Shown here one piece after another: positions 35,891 to 36,947 of a DNA stretch of 36,947 nucleotides. Under the pieces are notes generated by a model. The model worked only from the letters and a program-made list of their open reading frames with translations, had not been told where the DNA came from and ran no database searches. Source of the stretch: Octopus bimaculoides. Lineage: Eukaryota. The translations under genes and the position numbers were made by a program. Position 1 is the stretch's first letter. Each line of letters opens with the position of its first letter. The DNA lies in the NCBI RefSeq assembly GCF_001194135.2, contig NC_068999.1:23359931-23396877 (forward strand), read 5' to 3'.

Positions 35891-36420
35891 TTTAACTCTT
35901 TAAATTTTAGGTTCCTTTATATTTTATATTTTAGAATTTACAATATTCATGCTTAATTACGCATAAATTTTTATACGCATATATATTCACACATATATTT
36001 ATCTATATTCAGATTTTTATATATATTGATATTTATATTTCGTATATTTNNNNNNNNNNNNNNNNNNNNNNNNNNNNNNNNNNNNNNNNNNNNNNNNNNN
36101 NNNNNNNNNNNNNNNNNNNNNNNNNNNNNNNNNNNNNNNNNNNNNNNNNNNNNNNNNNNNNNNNNNNNNNNNNNNNNNNNNNNNNNNNNNNNNNNNNNNN
36201 NNNNNNNNNNNNNNNNNNNNNNNNNNNNNNNNNNNNNNNNNNNNNNNNNNNNNNNNNNNNNNNNNNNNNNNNNNNNNNNNNNNNNNNNNNNNNNNNNNNN
36301 NNNNNNNNNNNNNNNNNNNNNNNNNNNNNNNNNNNNNNNNNNNNNNNNNNNNNNNNNGTTATAGAAAGGACAGTATATATTTTATTATTATTTTTAATTT
36401 TTTAATATTATATATATATA

Positions 36421-36460
36421 TACTAGCTGGTGTATCCGGTAATTCCCGGTGGTAAAGATG
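36421..36460 (+). mobile_element. Possible 5' terminus of a Helitron-like element
   Basis: tactagctggtgtatccggtaattcccgg fits the ACTAGC...CCGG...CCCGG terminus pattern; the other end is not identified. Confidence 0.3.
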
Positions 36461-36916
36461 TTCTATTGAAACGTCTTATTACTCTAATATAAGAAAGCAA
36501 TCTCGTTATAACTGCCACAGAAGGTGTATTTTCCGTTACGAAAAAATACCAAAAACTGTCAGCTGGAGGAGGGAGAGATTGTTGGAGGTTTGGGCGAGAA
36601 AGATTGTCGGAGATTGGTGAGAGAGATTATATAAATATATGAATGAAGTGTTTGAAGAAAGTGCAATAATAACATTCACAATCACTGAAGGCCGCTCACA
36701 GTAACTGCCTTTAGCTTATGGAGTTCTTGTCTTTATAACTATCGAAAAGCAGCCAGAATGATAAACATATTGTTGAGAACAAATGATTTCGTTGGGGACT
36801 GATGTATGTATGTATGTATGTATAAGTGTGTGTATGCGTGCGTGAGAGAGTGTGTGACTGTGTGTGATTTTGTGTATATATTCACGCATATATACATAGA
36901 TACACACATATGTATG

Positions 36917-36947
<31 letters not shown>

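Overview
AT-rich (non-bacterial) eukaryotic draft-assembly DNA with nine N-gaps and dense microsatellites. The SINE families present look like those of octopus (coleoid cephalopod); this is my recognition, not a database result. I can support no intact host gene: the window is a transposon graveyard, and most ORF-track entries are gap or microsatellite artefacts. Contents: (1) a 354-bp foldback palindrome; (2) a Penelope-like (PLE) RT fragment and a mariner remnant; (3) an old minus-strand RTE LINE split into four collinear pieces by nested insertions, namely a Merlin element with TIRs and 8-bp TSD that itself contains a hAT element with TIRs and 8-bp TSD, plus a Helentron-type HINE; (4) several tRNA-derived SINEs; (5) a head-to-head pair of tRNA-headed SINE-like elements that each end in a minimal PLE-type hammerhead ribozyme; (6) a degenerate plus-strand RTE LINE ending in three C2H2 zinc fingers; (7) a further hammerhead with a long extended helix II near the right end. 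The best lead is the tRNA-head + hammerhead element, a candidate PLE-mobilised SINE.
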